DNA of 64,000 nt from Bugula neritina (Eukaryota; Animalia; Bryozoa), in NCBI GenBank assembly GCA_964035545.1, contig OZ037771.1:5055190-5119189 (forward strand), given 5' to 3'. The translations under genes and the position numbers were made by a program. The stretch's first letter is position 1. Every line of letters starts with the position of its first letter. The notes beneath the pieces were generated by a model. That model ran no database searches. It saw only the letters and a program-made list of their open reading frames with translations, and had not been told where the DNA came from. Positions 60,279 through 64,000 of the stretch are shown here, one piece after another.

Positions 60279-60748
60279 AACAATTTGTCCAGATATTTAG
60301 ATAAAAATGCTTTAAAGGTTTGTATAAAAGTGCATAGTTAGACCGAAGGTGTGCTTTTAACATAAGTGTTCAAAATCTTTATAGAAGTAGAAAAGGTTGT
60401 TATAATATATGAAGAAAATAAGCCGCCTTTAGTATACCATAGTGTATAGTACTTATATATACTTACATTATTTTACACATTTTGCTATACTAGTATATAT
60501 GTACATATTGTATTTATATCCAAGACCAGGTGTTAGCATGCTCGTTTACGGTAATAGTTATTATTCCATAATTTATCATACAATCTGTTTTATTTAGTTT
60601 ATTAGAAAAAATTGAAAATTTCCAAACAATGCAAACTCATACAGGTGAACATAAAAGCACATGTTAGGCTAAATAAGTAACACTATTTATTTAAATGTTT
60701 TGGTGTTTATTTACATTTGCTACACTTTTGTTATAGTTTTCATAGCAC

Positions 60749-63700
60749 CTGGAACTCTCGCTTCGTCTTCGTGTTAGTAGGTTCAAGATATTTTCTTCCA
60801 AAATAATTAGAAGTAGAAACCATCTGAACCCAAGGGCTAAATTTTAACTTGTCATGGTGACTTTTGACTACCAACTTTAAGCTTCTTCTACTTTGATTTC
60901 TTTCCTGCTGAACAAAAGCAAAACATATTTAAAACTGAGCCCATAAAGCACTAAAATTATGAACTATCTAAGTCATGTCAACAAAGAAGCTAAAGATCGC
61001 TCATCTTTGACTATATTTTTGCAATACAATTAATTAAATAATAGCATTTGACAATTTGAAAAGTTGTATGCATATTATGTTTGTGTCCTATACTGTGCTT
61101 TTAGAAGAATATTTTTTTTACAAATTATTAAAGACAAAAGCCTAAACAATATTTTGTATTATAGTTTTTTTAGGCCCTTGAAATCTACTACTTTAATTAA
61201 TGTTCACATTCAGAAAAACAGCTGATCAATATGCAACTTTAACACCATAACTGATGATTATTAAAATATTAGTTTTAATGCATAGAGATATCTCTTTAAA
61301 ATCTGTGTAAACTAAATTTTGATTCATAGATTTGTGCTCTTTTTTAAATAACAATTATTAATGCAAAAATTTCATACTGTCTTTTAGCATCTGGATATAT
61401 ATTTGAGTTGTTGATGCACTTCAGATAGGGCAGTCTTATAGTTAAGCTTATATCTGATAACATGGTATTCACAAGCCATAAAAAGTGAAAATTTTACAAA
61501 CCTTATTCGTAGAAACTGGAATTGATCCACGACTTTCTAAATCTTTCAAACTTTCTGAACTTTTTAAATCTTCTAAGCTTTTTAAACCTTTTAATTTTTT
61601 TAAACTTTCGAAACTTTTTAAACCATCTGGACTTTGTAAACTTTCAAAACTTTTTAAACTATCTGGACTTTTGAAACTTTCTAAATTCTCTAATTCTTCT
61701 AACTCTTTTAAGCTTTCTAACTTTTCTAGACTTTCTAAACTTGCAGGTGAAGAAAGGAGCCTGAAAAACAATTATAATAATACTCAGTTTAGCTTTGCTA
61801 ATCGTTAACGTTTCAGTTATACAGAGGCTTTATCAAATGCTGACAAACAATTTTTTAGTTTTAAATCTCTATTCTATCTAAATATAGATTCAAATCATGA
61901 GAGAACATAAATCTTATTTTGTTTAGGCAATATGATATGGGCAAATAGTTGGACTTACGTTTTTCTACAGTTCACAAGCAAAGTTATCAGGGAGCTGCAT
62001 GAGAAACTAATATTATATTGAAACACAAAATCTAGCATTTAATGTTTGACATATCTTAAATGAAAGTAAACTTAGGGCATACAGTTACTCCACCCTTTCC
62101 TTAATACATATAATTCTATGGCTAAGCAAAGCTACAGTGGATTAAGCATAAAGGCCCTACTGTTTTTACTAAATGTGTTGGAGCATTCACTAACTCATTT
62201 GCGTTAAAGTAGGCATTAATTAAAATCAGTTTCGCTAATGTGCTTGCCCTTTAAACGTGTGCTGATCAAGCTCAGCTAATAGTTCTAGACATGGTGCATT
62301 AACAACTAAGATTTCAGTTGCCAAGGCTGTTAGCATTATCCATCTACTGATCTGGCACACAGAGCTTATATTCTCCTTATATTCATGTTTATGTTAAAAT
62401 AGTTTTGAAGCCTTCCAACTGCATCCATTAATATATACATTACAGACAGCTGAGGTTTTACAGAGACGGTACCACAATATAAGGTAAGTACTTACCTAGT
62501 ATACTATATACTGCACTTACTTAGTATACTATATACTGTACTTAGTATACTATATACTGTACTTACTTAATATACTATATACTGTACTTACTTAGTATAC
62601 TATATACTGTACTTAGTATACTATATACTGTACTTACTTAATATACTATATACTGTACTTACTTAGTATACTATATACGGTATGTACTTAGTATACTATA
62701 TACTGTACTTAGTATATTATATACTGCACTTACTTAGTATACTATATACTGTACTTAGTATACTATATACTGTACTTACTTAATATACTATATACTGTAC
62801 TTACTTAGTATACTATATACGGTACTTACTTAGTATACTATATACTGTACTTATACTTAGTATACTATATACTGTACTTAGTGTACTATATACTGTACTT
62901 ACTTAGTATATTATATACTGTACTTACTTAGTATACTATATACTGTACTTAGTATACTATATACTGTACTTACTTAGTATATTATATACTGTACTTACTT
63001 AGTATACTATATACTGCATGTACTTAGTATACTATATACTGTACTTACTTAGTATACTATATACTGTACTTACTTAGTACACTATATACTGTACTTACTT
63101 AGTATACTATATACTGTACTTACTTAGTACACTATATACTGTACTTAGTATATTATATACTGTAATTACTTAGTATACCATATACTGTACTTAGTATACT
63201 ATATATACTGTACTTACTGGTTAAAAAATATTTCATGGCCAAAAATATCTGTTACATTAATATCAACTATGCTTTCTCTACTTTGAGCTTCTGCAAGGTG
63301 TTTTATTGGTGGCTCTAGGTTCATTGTAGTTAATTGGTGCTTGTTCACTGTTTTGATTGGCAAAGGCTGTAAGTAAAAAATATATATATCAAGCTTTTCT
63401 ACATAAATTCCAATTATTGTGACTGTAAGTCAAATAAAAGCAACAGAGAGTATTTAGTAGCTAATTGGCCTACCTCAATTATGATTCACTCTGTAGAATA
63501 ACTAATTTTAAATACAAAGGTTCGTTCTTATGTTACTGTTATTTCAATATTGTATTGGCAAAGCTATTTATTATTCTGAAAACTAATAATAGGTTAAATC
63601 TGGTTTGGTATACACATACAAAATCTGTAATGCTCTTGAGCGTCTCCTCACTTTCATCCTGATTCAAGAACATCATTTCGTAATTCCTGTTACCTTTCTT

Positions 63701-63807
63701 GATGAAGAAATAATATAATAGCATGACTACACCCAGGAACATGCAGAATGGAGTGACGGCCACTGTCAATGGTAAAAAAGCATTCTTGGCAACTTTTGCT
63801 TTTCCAC
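60749..63807 (-). CDS. Internal/3' exons of a probable single-pass transmembrane protein gene, convergent with the array
   Basis: Phase-compatible minus-strand exons 63807-63620 (hydrophobic helix TVAVTPFCMFLGVVMLLYYFFI + KKGNR), 63366-63218, 61760-61502 (S/L/E/K 9-nt repeat), 60907-60749. No family recognised. Confidence 0.45.
62488..63217. repeat. 21/25-bp minisatellite (TACTTAGTATACTATATACTG[TACT])n
   Basis: About 30 directly visible units. Confidence 0.95.
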
Positions 63808-64000
63808 CTAAAACAACCACCACAGTTACAATTTAGAAACCATGTTAAGTACTAGCACTTGGCTATAAAGTATATTAGTACTACAATCATCTGATATTAT
63901 AATGACAGTAAAAAAACCGAGTAAGCCATTTTTCAAGATAGTAAAAATATTTTTTTAGAAGTTTCCTGACAAATAAAAGTTAAGAGGACTTTTTAGTTGG

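Noticed and set aside
59817-60363. YI-repeat ORFs
   Set aside because: Translation artefacts of the (TA)n microsatellite.

Overview
AT-rich, intron-containing animal (probably invertebrate) genomic DNA. (1) 1-8969 is the right-hand part of a decaying Polinton/Maverick (adintovirus-like) endogenous virus: pPolB C-terminus, penton, broken major capsid, core-like proteins, PLA2-integrase-chromodomain, frameshifted packaging ATPase, fibre-like repeat protein, and a CTACTACT terminus. It lies in an intron. (2) 9233-58420 is a tandem array of three copies (period about 19-23 kb) of a spliced gene that the ORF track fragments. Joining GT-AG exons by phase gives one frame: N-terminal region - variable number of 138-bp LRR exon cassettes - Roc GTPase - COR - acidic linker - caspase p20 (AHG...QACR) - p10. 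Copy 2 is about 1224 aa with 3 LRR cassettes; copy 3 is about 1318 aa with 5; the 5' half of copy 1 is outside the window. The LRR cassettes are nearly identical except at predicted solvent-exposed beta-strand positions. This looks like a diversifying Roco-caspase innate immune sensor-effector family and is the main candidate novel system. (3) Many transposons: an intact Gypsy (Mag-like) element with identical LTRs in the putative 5'UTR exon of copy 3, ISL2EU-like, hAT, Tc1 and Kolobok-like non-autonomous elements, solo LTRs, RTE fragments, and a Penelope-like fragment with a minimal hammerhead ribozyme. (4) Satellites, and exons of a probable convergent transmembrane-protein gene at the right end. 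All gene models are manual, from sequence only, with no transcript or database support.
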